Positions 24,641 through 33,729 of a DNA stretch of 64,000 nt are shown in pieces. This DNA is from an uncultured Clostridia bacterium (GTDB lineage Bacteria > Bacillota > Clostridia > Christensenellales > Borkfalkiaceae). The DNA lies in NCBI GenBank assembly GCA_904373255.1, contig CAJFFD010000006.1:10073-74072 (forward strand). Direction: 5' to 3'. The notes below the pieces were generated by a model that was not told the DNA's origin, did no database searches, and saw nothing but the letters and a program-made list of their open reading frames with translations. The first letter of the stretch is position 1. Every line of letters begins with the position of its first letter. Made by a program: the position numbers and the translations under genes.

Positions 24641-26844
24641 TGTTTGGTGTGCAAAAGAAAAAGAGTCCGAATCATATTCAACGGGCGGACGAGAATCTCT
24701 TCTTCCGCGGAAGGGGGATCGTACGCTTCCGTCCTTTGCTTTTTCTGTCCCTGAGCTTCGGCTTGGGGATATTTTTCGCATGTTTGTTCGGGCTGATTGC
24801 GCTCGTCGGCGCGTCGGTGTTTTTACTCGCCGCAGCGGGTGTGCTGGCTTACCGCATATGGAAAAAGAAATTCGCCGTCGGTTTTTTGCTCTTCGCCGCG
24901 CTGCTTTGCCTGTTTTATGCGCTCGGCTGTCTTTCCTTTTCCGTGCGCATCGGCGCATTCGAGCGCTCGCCCGAAATCAGCGGCGAATGCTCGGTCGCGG
25001 GAACGGTGGAGGAGATCGGCGAATCGAAGGAGTATACGCTTCTTACCCTGGGCGATATTTGGCTCATCGACGGCGCGGGGAACTCCTTCCGCCCGAACGC
25101 GAAATTGCAGCTGTATATCTACGGCGAAGTTCCCGCGGCAGAGATCGGCTCGGCGGCGATGTTCGACGCGGAGGTTCAGACTTATGACGCATGGGCGTAC
25201 GGCAGGGTAAACGCAAACGCGGTCATCGGCAATACGCGCTACCGCGCGAGCGCCGCGGCGGATAAAGTCGTCTTTTCGGAAGGAGAAGGCGTCGGCGTAT
25301 TTACGGCGGTGCGCCGCGCCATGCGCGGAGTTTTGTTTGCCAACATGGACGAGGCGACGGCATCCGTCGCCTACGGCATGCTTACGGGCGACAGCGGCTA
25401 TATGGACGAGGACGCGCTGCAGAATTTCCGGTATGGCGGCATCGCGCATATTTTTGCGGTATCCGGGCTGCATATCGGAATCATCTACGGTCTGCTCTCC
25501 GCCCTCTGTAAAAAATGCCGCATCAGAAATATCGTTCGCGTTCCTCTCGTGTTCGCGGCGCTATGCTTTTATGCAGGTGTATGCGGATTTTCTCCTTCAT
25601 CCGTCCGTGCGCTGGTCATGTGTACGGTTGCCATGCTTGCTGAAGCGGGAGGCCTGCAGTATGACCGCGTCGGTTCCGTTTCCTGTGCGTCGCTGACCGT
25701 TTTGGTCATTAACCCGGTGTATCTGTTTTCGGTCGGGTTTCAGCTCTCCGTAGCTGCCGCGGCGGGTATCGTTATTGTCGGCGGGCATCTTACGCGGCTG
25801 CTTCGGAAAATCAGATTTTTGCCGCAAAAAGTCTGCTCCGCGGTCGGCGTGGCGTTCTCCGCGCAACTCGCCACCTTTCCCATTCTCATCGATTGTTTCG
25901 GCTATGTGTCGGGCATCAGCTTTTTTCTGAACCTCGTGTTCGTTCCCGTAATCGGTGCGGTGTACTCCGTTCTGTTCTGTGCGGTCGCGCTCTCTGTCCT
26001 CCTGCAATTCGCCGCGCCCGTCTTCCTGTTTATTCCGGGGTATCTCCTGCGCCTGTCGGTCATGCCCATTGTCATGCTTGAATTCAAGGTGCTTCTTATC
26101 TGCGGGTTTTCCTTTGGTTCCTGCGCGGTATTGTGGTATCTGTTTCTCTTTTTTCTTTCGGATAAGGTGAATCTGAAGCCCGCACCGAAAATTTCCTTCG
26201 CTGCCGTATTATGTGCGCTATTAATCGCGGCGATGATGTTTCAGAATTTCAATATCGGTATGGAATCGGTCATGACTCTGCATGCTTATTACGGAAGCAA
26301 TATCGGTTTGATTCGCAGTTCAGACGGAGATTATCTGATCGTATACGGCGAAGCGGACGGGCGGCACATTGAGCAGGTTTTTCTCAAAGAAGGGATCACC
26401 GAACTTCGCGGCGCGATCTTTCTGACCGCCCCGCGGGAAGCGAACACCGGCATTCCCGTCATCCTGCAATATGCGGAATTGCAGACGGTCTACGTCCCCG
26501 CCGATTCGCAGCTCATCGATTCCTTCCGCACGGTGGAAATCCGCTATGAAAGCGGTGTCTTTGTTTTCGGCGACGCATATGCGCAATTCTTTTCGGATGA
26601 ACTTCTGTACCTGAATATCCGCGGCGCTGGAATTGTCTGCGACGGCGGGGCAGACGAGGTGCCGGCTCTGCCTGAATGCGACTTGCTCATCGCAAATACG
26701 GAAAACGATGCCGTGCGTAAAGCCTGTTCGCCGCGGGCGGAGGTGTATTTCGAAAAAACGGCGGAGAAAATGAGCGTTTATCGGGCGGGCGACTTGCAAA
26801 TCGGCTGGAAAAATGATATAATCTCCGTAAAGGATGCGGGGTAA
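24640..26844 (+). CDS. comEC: ComEC/Rec2 competence protein
   Basis: GIAHIFAVSGLHIG, PSSVRA, SVGFQLS; upstream of holA; start position approximate. Confidence 0.9.
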   Translation: MFGVQKKKSPNHIQRADENLFFRGRGIVRFRPLLFLSLSFGLGIFFACLFGLIALVGASVFLLAAAGVLAYRIWKKKFAVGFLLFAALLCLFYALGCLSFSVRIGAFERSPEISGECSVAGTVEEIGESKEYTLLTLGDIWLIDGAGNSFRPNAKLQLYIYGEVPAAEIGSAAMFDAEVQTYDAWAYGRVNANAVIGNTRYRASAAADKVVFSEGEGVGVFTAVRRAMRGVLFANMDEATASVAYGMLTGDSGYMDEDALQNFRYGGIAHIFAVSGLHIGIIYGLLSALCKKCRIRNIVRVPLVFAALCFYAGVCGFSPSSVRALVMCTVAMLAEAGGLQYDRVGSVSCASLTVLVINPVYLFSVGFQLSVAAAAGIVIVGGHLTRLLRKIRFLPQKVCSAVGVAFSAQLATFPILIDCFGYVSGISFFLNLVFVPVIGAVYSVLFCAVALSVLLQFAAPVFLFIPGYLLRLSVMPIVMLEFKVLLICGFSFGSCAVLWYLFLFFLSDKVNLKPAPKISFAAVLCALLIAAMMFQNFNIGMESVMTLHAYYGSNIGLIRSSDGDYLIVYGEADGRHIEQVFLKEGITELRGAIFLTAPREANTGIPVILQYAELQTVYVPADSQLIDSFRTVEIRYESGVFVFGDAYAQFFSDELLYLNIRGAGIVCDGGADEVPALPECDLLIANTENDAVRKACSPRAEVYFEKTAEKMSVYRAGDLQIGWKNDIISVKDAG

Positions 26845-26848
26845 AGCA

Positions 26849-27844
26849 ATGAAATTCGTGCTTTTTAAAAAGAGCCTTGAAGGGGGCGCTTCGCCGATCT
26901 ATCTGTTCGACGGCGAGGAAGAATATTTCAAAAAGCGAGGCGAGGAGATGCTCAGAGAGCGATTCCTCGGGGAGCCGTCGCTCAACTATTCCGTTTTTCA
27001 CGGAGAAAACCTGAAGGGCGCGGCACTGACCGCTCTTGTCACGGCGGCGGAAAGTTTCCCGTTCATGAGTGAAAAACGCATAGTCAAAGTTACAGACCTG
27101 TATCCGACAGAGAAAGATTACGAAAGTTATCTGAAAAGTTATTTCGAGCATCCCGCCGAGAGCACGATTCTTCTCATCGTGAATTCTGCGCCGCCGAAGG
27201 GCAAGGCGTTCGATCTGAAAAAGGCGCCCAACGTCACGCGCGTGGACTGCTCCAAGGCAGACGAAGAAACGGTTCTTCGCTGGATTTATGCGCAGTTCCG
27301 CCGCGCGGGGATCGGTGCGGATACCGAGTGCTGTGAACGCATCATGCAGTATTGCCTGGGCGATATGTCGCGCATTGCCGGGGAGACGGAAAAGCTCCTC
27401 GCCTATGGGGCGAAGAGTAAAAAAATTGTCTCTGCCGACGTGGATGAGATCGTCTACCGCGATACCGATTACAAAATTTACGAAATGACGAATGCGATCG
27501 GCGCGAAAAATTACGGCAAATACGTTTCCGTAATGAGCGAATTGTCGGAAAGGGGAATAGACGCCATGGCTGTACTCAATTCGCTGTGCGCCTATTTCCG
27601 CGGGCTGCTCGACATTTCCCTCCTGCGCAAGACGGATGCTGAAACGGCTGCAGCGCTCGGAATGAAGGAGTATGCCGTCAAAATGAGCCGCCGTCAGCTT
27701 GGCGCGCTCGGGGCGAAGCGGGTCAAGGAATGTTTCCTCGCTGTAAACAGTGCTGTCAATGCGGTTAAAAACGGGGTTTTGTCTGCCGAAGGGGCGCTCG
27801 TCGGCGTCAATGCCCGCCTTGCCTTCGGTTTTGCGGAAAATTAA
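26849..27844 (+). CDS. holA: DNA polymerase III delta subunit
   Basis: IYLFDGEEEYF, AESFPFMSEKRIV, ETEKLLAY; follows comEC. Confidence 0.9.
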   Translation: MKFVLFKKSLEGGASPIYLFDGEEEYFKKRGEEMLRERFLGEPSLNYSVFHGENLKGAALTALVTAAESFPFMSEKRIVKVTDLYPTEKDYESYLKSYFEHPAESTILLIVNSAPPKGKAFDLKKAPNVTRVDCSKADEETVLRWIYAQFRRAGIGADTECCERIMQYCLGDMSRIAGETEKLLAYGAKSKKIVSADVDEIVYRDTDYKIYEMTNAIGAKNYGKYVSVMSELSERGIDAMAVLNSLCAYFRGLLDISLLRKTDAETAAALGMKEYAVKMSRRQLGALGAKRVKECFLAVNSAVNAVKNGVLSAEGALVGVNARLAFGFAEN

Positions 27845-27929
27845 GGCGGCGACTGCGTTGAAATGCTTTATTTTTTTTCAAATTTAATGTAAAATACTAT
27901 TATTACTAACGATCAAAAACGGAGAGCCT

Positions 27930-28751
27930 ATGGAGTTCTTTGAGAACGTCGCAAAAATTTTTACATCCTTTACCGTGGTCGACGCGCTCGTCATCGTGCT
28001 GTTCGCGCTGATGTTTTATTATGTTTTCCGCATTCTGAAGATCAGCAACGTGCGCGTGGTCATCGCCGTGTTTGTTCTGCTCGTTCTGGCAACGGGTGCC
28101 GTGTTTATCTTCACCGACACGCTGAACGGCGAGGCGTACATGGTCGTGCCGATCGTTTTGTCGGGCGTTGTGCTCGTTATTTTCAACGTTGAGGTCAAGC
28201 GCGACATTCTCAATATGCATTCCTTCAATATGCTGTCCGAAATTTCGAACCACCAGGCATCGGTAACGAAGGACGAGGCGGAACGGTACGTCGCCGACAT
28301 TATCAAGGCGCTGCAGAACCTCTCCAAGGATAACATCGGCGCGCTCATCATTCTCGCGAACGACAACATTCCGTCGCAGATTCTGGAGAGCGGCGTCATC
28401 CTGGATGCGAACATCTCCTCGCAGCTCATCGAGGGCATCTTCTTCCCGAAGGCGCCCCTGCATGACGGCGCGATGATCATCAACAATTACAAAATTCAGG
28501 CAGCGGGGTGCTTCCTTCCGCTCACGCAGAACGCGAACATCCCCAAGGAGTTGGGAACCCGCCACCGCGCGGGCATCGGCATCACCGAAACGTCAAACGT
28601 CATCGCACTGATCGTTTCGGAGGAAACGGGCATCATCACCATCGCTCAACGCGGAAAAATTTCGCGCTACGCCGATTACGACCTGCTCAAAAAGACGCTG
28701 AACGATTACTATTGGAAAGACCTGAGTGCAGACGGGAGGAAACGCTTATGA
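27930..28751 (+). CDS. cdaA: Membrane diadenylate cyclase CdaA/DacA
   Basis: Three N-terminal TM segments; PLHDGA, GTRHRA and VSEETG motifs. Confidence 0.93.
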   Translation: MEFFENVAKIFTSFTVVDALVIVLFALMFYYVFRILKISNVRVVIAVFVLLVLATGAVFIFTDTLNGEAYMVVPIVLSGVVLVIFNVEVKRDILNMHSFNMLSEISNHQASVTKDEAERYVADIIKALQNLSKDNIGALIILANDNIPSQILESGVILDANISSQLIEGIFFPKAPLHDGAMIINNYKIQAAGCFLPLTQNANIPKELGTRHRAGIGITETSNVIALIVSEETGIITIAQRGKISRYADYDLLKKTLNDYYWKDLSADGRKRL

Positions 28752-28867
28752 GAGAAAAGAGCTTTTGGAGAAAGCTGGCTGGCATCTTTATCGACAACGT
28801 GCCGATCAAACTGCTGGCGATCGCTCTTGCCGTTGTCGTCTTTATCGTCATCAATTACGGCAGATAA
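28748..28867 (+). CDS. 39-aa membrane peptide resembling the CdaR (YbbR) N-terminal anchor
   Basis: MREKSFWRKLAGIFIDNVPIKLLAIALAVVVFIVINYGR; ATGA overlap with the cdaA stop; GGGAGG upstream. Confidence 0.65.
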   Translation: MREKSFWRKLAGIFIDNVPIKLLAIALAVVVFIVINYGR

Positions 28868-28882
28868 GCCGCGGAGAAACAT

Positions 28883-30076
28883 ATGAGACCGAATTGTATA
28901 GCAATCCCGCAGATCGTGCTGCCCGCGCCGTCCGTCGATATGCAGGCATGGGCAGTCATCGCGTGCGATCAGCACACTTCCGACGCCGCCTATTGGGAGG
29001 AATTGGAGAAAACAGTGAGGGACAAGCCCTCCACGCTCCGCCTGACCCTCCCCGAAATTTACCTCGGCGGCGACATAAGCGAGAAATTGGCGGCAATTTC
29101 GTCGGCAATGGAGAAATATAAGCGGGAAGGGGTGTTCCGAAACCTCCCGCCCGGGTTTATCCTCACCGAGCGGAAAACGCCTGTATCGCCCGTCCGCCGC
29201 GGCATCGTGCTTGCGGTCGACCTCGAAGCCTATTCATACGAACAAAAGAGCGATGCTCTCATCCGTGCTACGGAGGCGACCATTACCGAGCGCATTCCGC
29301 CGCGTCTGAAAATCCGCGAGAGCGCACTTTTTGAATTCCCGCATATCATGGTATTGTACAACGATCCGCAGGATACCGTTCTCGGCCCGTACCGAAATGC
29401 TCCGCTTGAAACGCTGTACGACTTTGATCTGAATATGGGCGGAGGACACATCCGCGGGAAGTTTTTGCAGAACGTGGAGCCGATGCTCGATGCGTTCGGC
29501 GCATTGGTCAGAGACAATCTCCTGTTTATGGTCGGCGACGGAAACCATTCGCTGGCAACGGCGAAGGCGGCGTGGGAAAAAATCAAACAGGGACTGTCTG
29601 CGGAGGAGCGGAAAGCGCATCCCGCAAGGTACGCCCTGTGCGAGGCTGTCAACCTCTATGACGAGGGAATCCGTTTCGAGGCGATCCACCGCATCGTCAA
29701 AAATGTCGATGCGGAGAAATTTGCGTCAGGGTTGGCTGCAAAGAACGGGAAGTGCGTCTGCGCGCTGTATGTGCGCGGCAAAAAACGTCCGTTTATGCTC
29801 GGAAGCGATGCGCCCGATGCCGTTGGCGAAGCGGACAAATATATCGCGGAATACATAAGTAAATTCGGCGGCGAAGTCGATTATATACACGGCGAAGAGG
29901 ATCTGCGCCGCCTGACGGAAGATTCTTCCTCGGTCGGCATCGCCTTGCCGAAGATGGATAAAGCGGATTTGTTTCCGTTGGTCAAAAAACACGGCAGTCT
30001 GCCGCGCAAGACCTTTTCGCTGGGGGAAAGCGAGGAGAAACGATATTATATCGAAGGCAGGAGCATTGTAAAATGA
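28883..30076 (+). CDS. DUF1015 family protein
   Basis: WAVIACDQHTS, IRATEAT, VGDGNHSLATAK, LPRKTFS. Confidence 0.85.
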   Translation: MRPNCIAIPQIVLPAPSVDMQAWAVIACDQHTSDAAYWEELEKTVRDKPSTLRLTLPEIYLGGDISEKLAAISSAMEKYKREGVFRNLPPGFILTERKTPVSPVRRGIVLAVDLEAYSYEQKSDALIRATEATITERIPPRLKIRESALFEFPHIMVLYNDPQDTVLGPYRNAPLETLYDFDLNMGGGHIRGKFLQNVEPMLDAFGALVRDNLLFMVGDGNHSLATAKAAWEKIKQGLSAEERKAHPARYALCEAVNLYDEGIRFEAIHRIVKNVDAEKFASGLAAKNGKCVCALYVRGKKRPFMLGSDAPDAVGEADKYIAEYISKFGGEVDYIHGEEDLRRLTEDSSSVGIALPKMDKADLFPLVKKHGSLPRKTFSLGESEEKRYYIEGRSIVK

Positions 30077-31422
30077 GTTTATCGGTCTGCAAATTCGGCG
30101 GTTCGTCTTTGGCGGACGGCAACAACATTTCCCGCGTAACGGAAATCATCGGCAGCGACCCCGCACGCCGGTTCGTGGTCGTATCTGCCCCCGGGAAGCG
30201 GTATTCAGATGATATTAAGGTCACAGACCTTCTGTATGCCTGCTACCGGGAGAGCGTAGAAAAGGGAAGCTGTGCCGAAACTTTTCAGAAAATCCGCAAG
30301 CGTTTCCGTTCCATCGTTACCGAGCTCGGAATGGATTCGTTCGATATTGACGGCATTCTTGACGAAACCGAACGTGCAATAGAGGAAAACAAGAGCGCGG
30401 ATTTTACCGCCTCGCGCGGCGAATATCTCAACGCTCGCGTCGTTGCGGCAAAACTCGGACGCACGTTTATCGATGCGAAAGACATTATCTTTTTCGATGA
30501 TAACGGTCGCTTCGACGAGTCGCGTTCCTATCCGCTGATTTCGGAAAAACTCTCCGCTGCGGGGAGTGCCGTTGTCCCGGGATTTTACGGTACGGGAGCA
30601 GACGGAAAAATCAGAACTTTTTCCCGCGGCGGCAGCGACATCAGCGGCTCTATCGTGGCGCGCGCGATGAATGCGGACGTGTACGAGAACTGGACGGATG
30701 TGAGCGGATTCCTCGCGTGCGACCCGCGTATCGTCGAAAAACCCGAAAAAATCGAAACGATCTCCTTCAAGGAGCTGCGCGAGCTTTCGTATATGGGGGC
30801 GAACGTTTTGCATGCCGACTCCATTTTCCCCGTGCGAAAGGGGGATATTCCCATTCGGATTAAAAACACGTTCCGCCCGGAGGATCCCGGCACGATTATT
30901 CTGCCGTCAAAAAAATATGTCAAGAGCGGAAACATCGTAACGGGCATTGCGGGGAAAAGGGATTTCACGGTCATTTTTCTGGAAAAGTCAATGATGAACT
31001 CCGAGGTTGGTTTTGCCCGCAAAGTTCTGTCTGTATTGGAGCAGGACGGCATCAATTTCGAGCATATGCCTTCCGGAATCGATACGCTCTCCCTCGTTAT
31101 CGAAAGTAAATTTCTCGCCGGAGGAATGCTCGAAAAACTCCTCAGGCAGATCGATGCAGCAGTCCGCCCCGATTATATGCGCGTTTTGGAAAATATTGCA
31201 CTTGTTGCGACGGTCGGGCATGGCATGGCATCAAACGTCGGTACGTCGGCGCGCCTTTTTTCGGCGCTGTCAGAGGCGGGCATCAACGTGCGCATGATCG
31301 ACCAAGGTTCCAGCGAAATCAACATCATCGTCGGGATCGACAATGCCGATTATGAAAAGTGCATACGTGCCATTTATCACGAATTTTTCCGCAGGGAGAA
31401 GGCTTCGGCTGCGGAGGATTAA
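30073..31422 (+). CDS. lysC: Aspartate kinase
   Basis: KFGGSSLA, VVSAPGKR, FSRGGSD, WTDVSG; two C-terminal ACT domains. Confidence 0.93.
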   Translation: MSLSVCKFGGSSLADGNNISRVTEIIGSDPARRFVVVSAPGKRYSDDIKVTDLLYACYRESVEKGSCAETFQKIRKRFRSIVTELGMDSFDIDGILDETERAIEENKSADFTASRGEYLNARVVAAKLGRTFIDAKDIIFFDDNGRFDESRSYPLISEKLSAAGSAVVPGFYGTGADGKIRTFSRGGSDISGSIVARAMNADVYENWTDVSGFLACDPRIVEKPEKIETISFKELRELSYMGANVLHADSIFPVRKGDIPIRIKNTFRPEDPGTIILPSKKYVKSGNIVTGIAGKRDFTVIFLEKSMMNSEVGFARKVLSVLEQDGINFEHMPSGIDTLSLVIESKFLAGGMLEKLLRQIDAAVRPDYMRVLENIALVATVGHGMASNVGTSARLFSALSEAGINVRMIDQGSSEINIIVGIDNADYEKCIRAIYHEFFRREKASAAED

Positions 31423-31425
31423 CAA

Positions 31426-31463
31426 AAAGCGCCCGCCCCGTTATCATACGGGGCGGGCGCTTT
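31426..31463. terminator. Terminator hairpin after aspartate kinase
   Basis: 16-bp inverted repeat AAAGCGCCCGCCCCGT/ACGGGGCGGGCGCTTT. Confidence 0.8.
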
Positions 31464-31527
31464 GGTGCAGGCGGGGGAATGTCGGCGGAAAGGGCGCAGA
31501 GAAGTGCGCGCAGGGAATAAAAGGGAA

Positions 31528-31553
31528 CAGCCCCGCGTAAATACGCGGGGCTG
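31528..31553 (-). terminator. Probable SRP RNA terminator
   Basis: CAGCCCCGCGTA/TACGCGGGGCTG stem followed on the minus strand by TTCCCTTTT. Confidence 0.65.
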
Positions 31554-31566
31554 AAATTATCGGAAA

Positions 31567-31833
31567 AACTGTGCATCCTCCGTCGAAAATACGCGCCGAA
31601 GCGTTAAAACCGCAGGTAACTCCCTCAAAGCTTCCTTATGGCACACGAACAAATCCGCTTAGTGCTGCTATATCCCTATCCTGACACGGTTCACGGCAGT
31701 CCGTTGCATAAGACCTTGTTATCAACATCCCTTACGGAGCGCGGCCTTCCACGCGCAGACCCTAAAGAGGCATTCGGTTCTGCTATAGCGGATTGCAGAT
31801 ACAGGGCACCGCTAACTCCCCACCTAGCACAGC
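31567..31833 (-). ncRNA. ffs: Large (Bacillus/Clostridium-type) signal recognition particle RNA
   Basis: Minus strand begins GCTGTGCTAGGTGGGGAGTTAGCGGTGCCCTGTATCTGCAATCCGCTATAGCAG (Alu domain); helix 8 GTGTCAGG-ATA-GGGA-TAT-AGCAGCAC; 3' GCACAGT pairs with the 5' end; about 267 nt. Confidence 0.93.
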
Positions 31834-31839
31834 TATTCT

Positions 31840-31868
31840 ATTGTATACTAAAATACATTTTTTTGCAA
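31840..31868 (-). promoter_or_regulatory. Sigma-A promoter of SRP RNA
   Basis: TTGCAA-17 nt-TACAAT, ending 6 nt before the RNA 5' end. Confidence 0.75.
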
Positions 31869-31955
31869 CCGATTTTATATAAATTTTTTGTCGAAAAAAA
31901 TATAAAAAATTTGAATGAAAAGCGTTGACAAATCCGAATTAAAAGTTAAAATTAT

Positions 31956-33725
31956 ATGAAAGCAAACAACGGAGAGAATAGCGGAAAAACGATTATGAAT
32001 GCTTTCGGTTACGGTATGCGCTATTGGAAAAAGCGATTGCCTTGCGCGGTGTTTTGCCAGCTGATCGGTTACATCGGCTTGTCGATCGATTTGCTCCTGC
32101 CCTTGTTGAGCGCGATGTTTGTCGATTACATACTCGACTATAATCCCGCCGATCAGCTCGCTTCCGGTGCGGGCATTTTCTCGTTCCTAATAAACGGACG
32201 GTTCGGTGAACCTAAAACATGGCAGTTATTCTTCAGTATAACTGCCGTTTTTGCCGTGCTTGAAATCATCCGCGAGGCGCTCATTTATCTGCGCAACGTG
32301 CTGTTTCAGCAGAACGGCATCTGGATGGAGAACGAACTTCGCGACATAACATATAAAAAGTTGGTCGACCTGGACAGTTCCACCGTGTCGTCCTATAATG
32401 CCGGCGAGCTTCTGACGACGCTTTCTGCCGATATCATCACGGCAAAGGAAATGTATTGCCGCATTCTTCTGATGATGGGAGACAGCTTTTTTGTCATTGC
32501 GGTGACATGCGTTCTGCTCGCGACATACAGCTCGTGGATGCTCCTTTTGCCTGCCGCAATTGCTCCGATACTGCTGTTTGCTCTTATACGGTATTCCCGT
32601 GCCGCCCGCAGAGTTTCCACAAATATCCGGAACTGCAATGCGGATATGAACCTGAATGTGCAGGAAAACATCGATGCGGTACGGCTTATCCGTTCCTTCG
32701 CGAACGAGGAGCTGGAGGAGCATAAATTCGACCGCGTCAACGGGAATCTGAAAAACGCTTATCTCGAGCAGGTGGACGTATCCGCCAAATATGGTTTGAT
32801 ATTCAATGTCATCCGTCAGATCGCTTATATTGCCACGATCGCGATCGGTACTTTGATGGTTTTCATCGGTCAGTTCAAGGTCGGCGTTATGACTGCGTGC
32901 GTGACATATGTCCTCCGCATTATGGACTTTTTGACGCAGATCAACAACTGTGTTTATCAGATGCAGTACGGTATCGTCTCCATGGGCAGGATTATGGATT
33001 TTCTCGAAAAGAAAACGAAAATCCCGCAGGCGGAATAAAAACGTATCCGTCACCGAAGACGGAAAGCCGCTCCTGAAGCACATCAACCTGAGTATCCCGT
33101 GCGGGAAAAAGATCGGCATTATGGGCGGCACGGGATCGGGCAAGAGCGTACTTCTCAAATCGCTCGTCCGCATCTACGATGTTACGGAAGGCTGCATTGA
33201 GATCAACGGCAAGGATATTCGTGACTACGATCTCGACGATTTGCGCAACGAATTTGCCTATGTGTTCCAGGATGTGTTTCTGTTTTCTGACACGATCGAT
33301 GCAAATATAGCCTTTTACGCTCCCGATATCGACAGGGAAATCATCCACCGCGTTGCAGAGCAGGCGCAGGCGAGCCGTTTCATAAAGGGTCTGCCGCAGG
33401 GGTTTCGCACGATTGTCGGCGAGCGCGGGTTGGGTCTTTCCGGCGGGCAGAAACAGCGCGTGTCTATCGCTCGGGCGCTTCTGAAAAATGCTCCCGTTCT
33501 CGTTCTGGACGACGCATCCAGCGCGTTGGACGTAATTACCGAGCGCAAGCTGATGGCGAGCATCAAGGAAAGGACGGCGAGATCATCGAGCGCGGAACGT
33601 ACGACGAACTGATCCAACGGAACGGCACTTTTGCCGAGATCTGCCGAATGCAGATGGCTGAAAACGACGACGAGTCGCTGACTGCGATCGAAGACGCTAC
33701 GTCTCTGGCGGGCGGGGAGGCATAA
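31956..33725 (+). pseudogene. ABC exporter TMD-NBD half-transporter broken by two frameshifting deletions
   Basis: TMD to stop 33038; NBD (GGTGSGKS, LSGGQKQR, VLDDASS) in a second frame; tail KDGEIIERGTYDELI...GGEA stop 33725 back in the first frame; H-loop segment absent. Confidence 0.85.
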
Positions 33726-33729
33726 GCGC

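Noticed and set aside
31638-31928. 96-aa plus-strand ORF
   Set aside because: Antisense to the SRP RNA and its promoter
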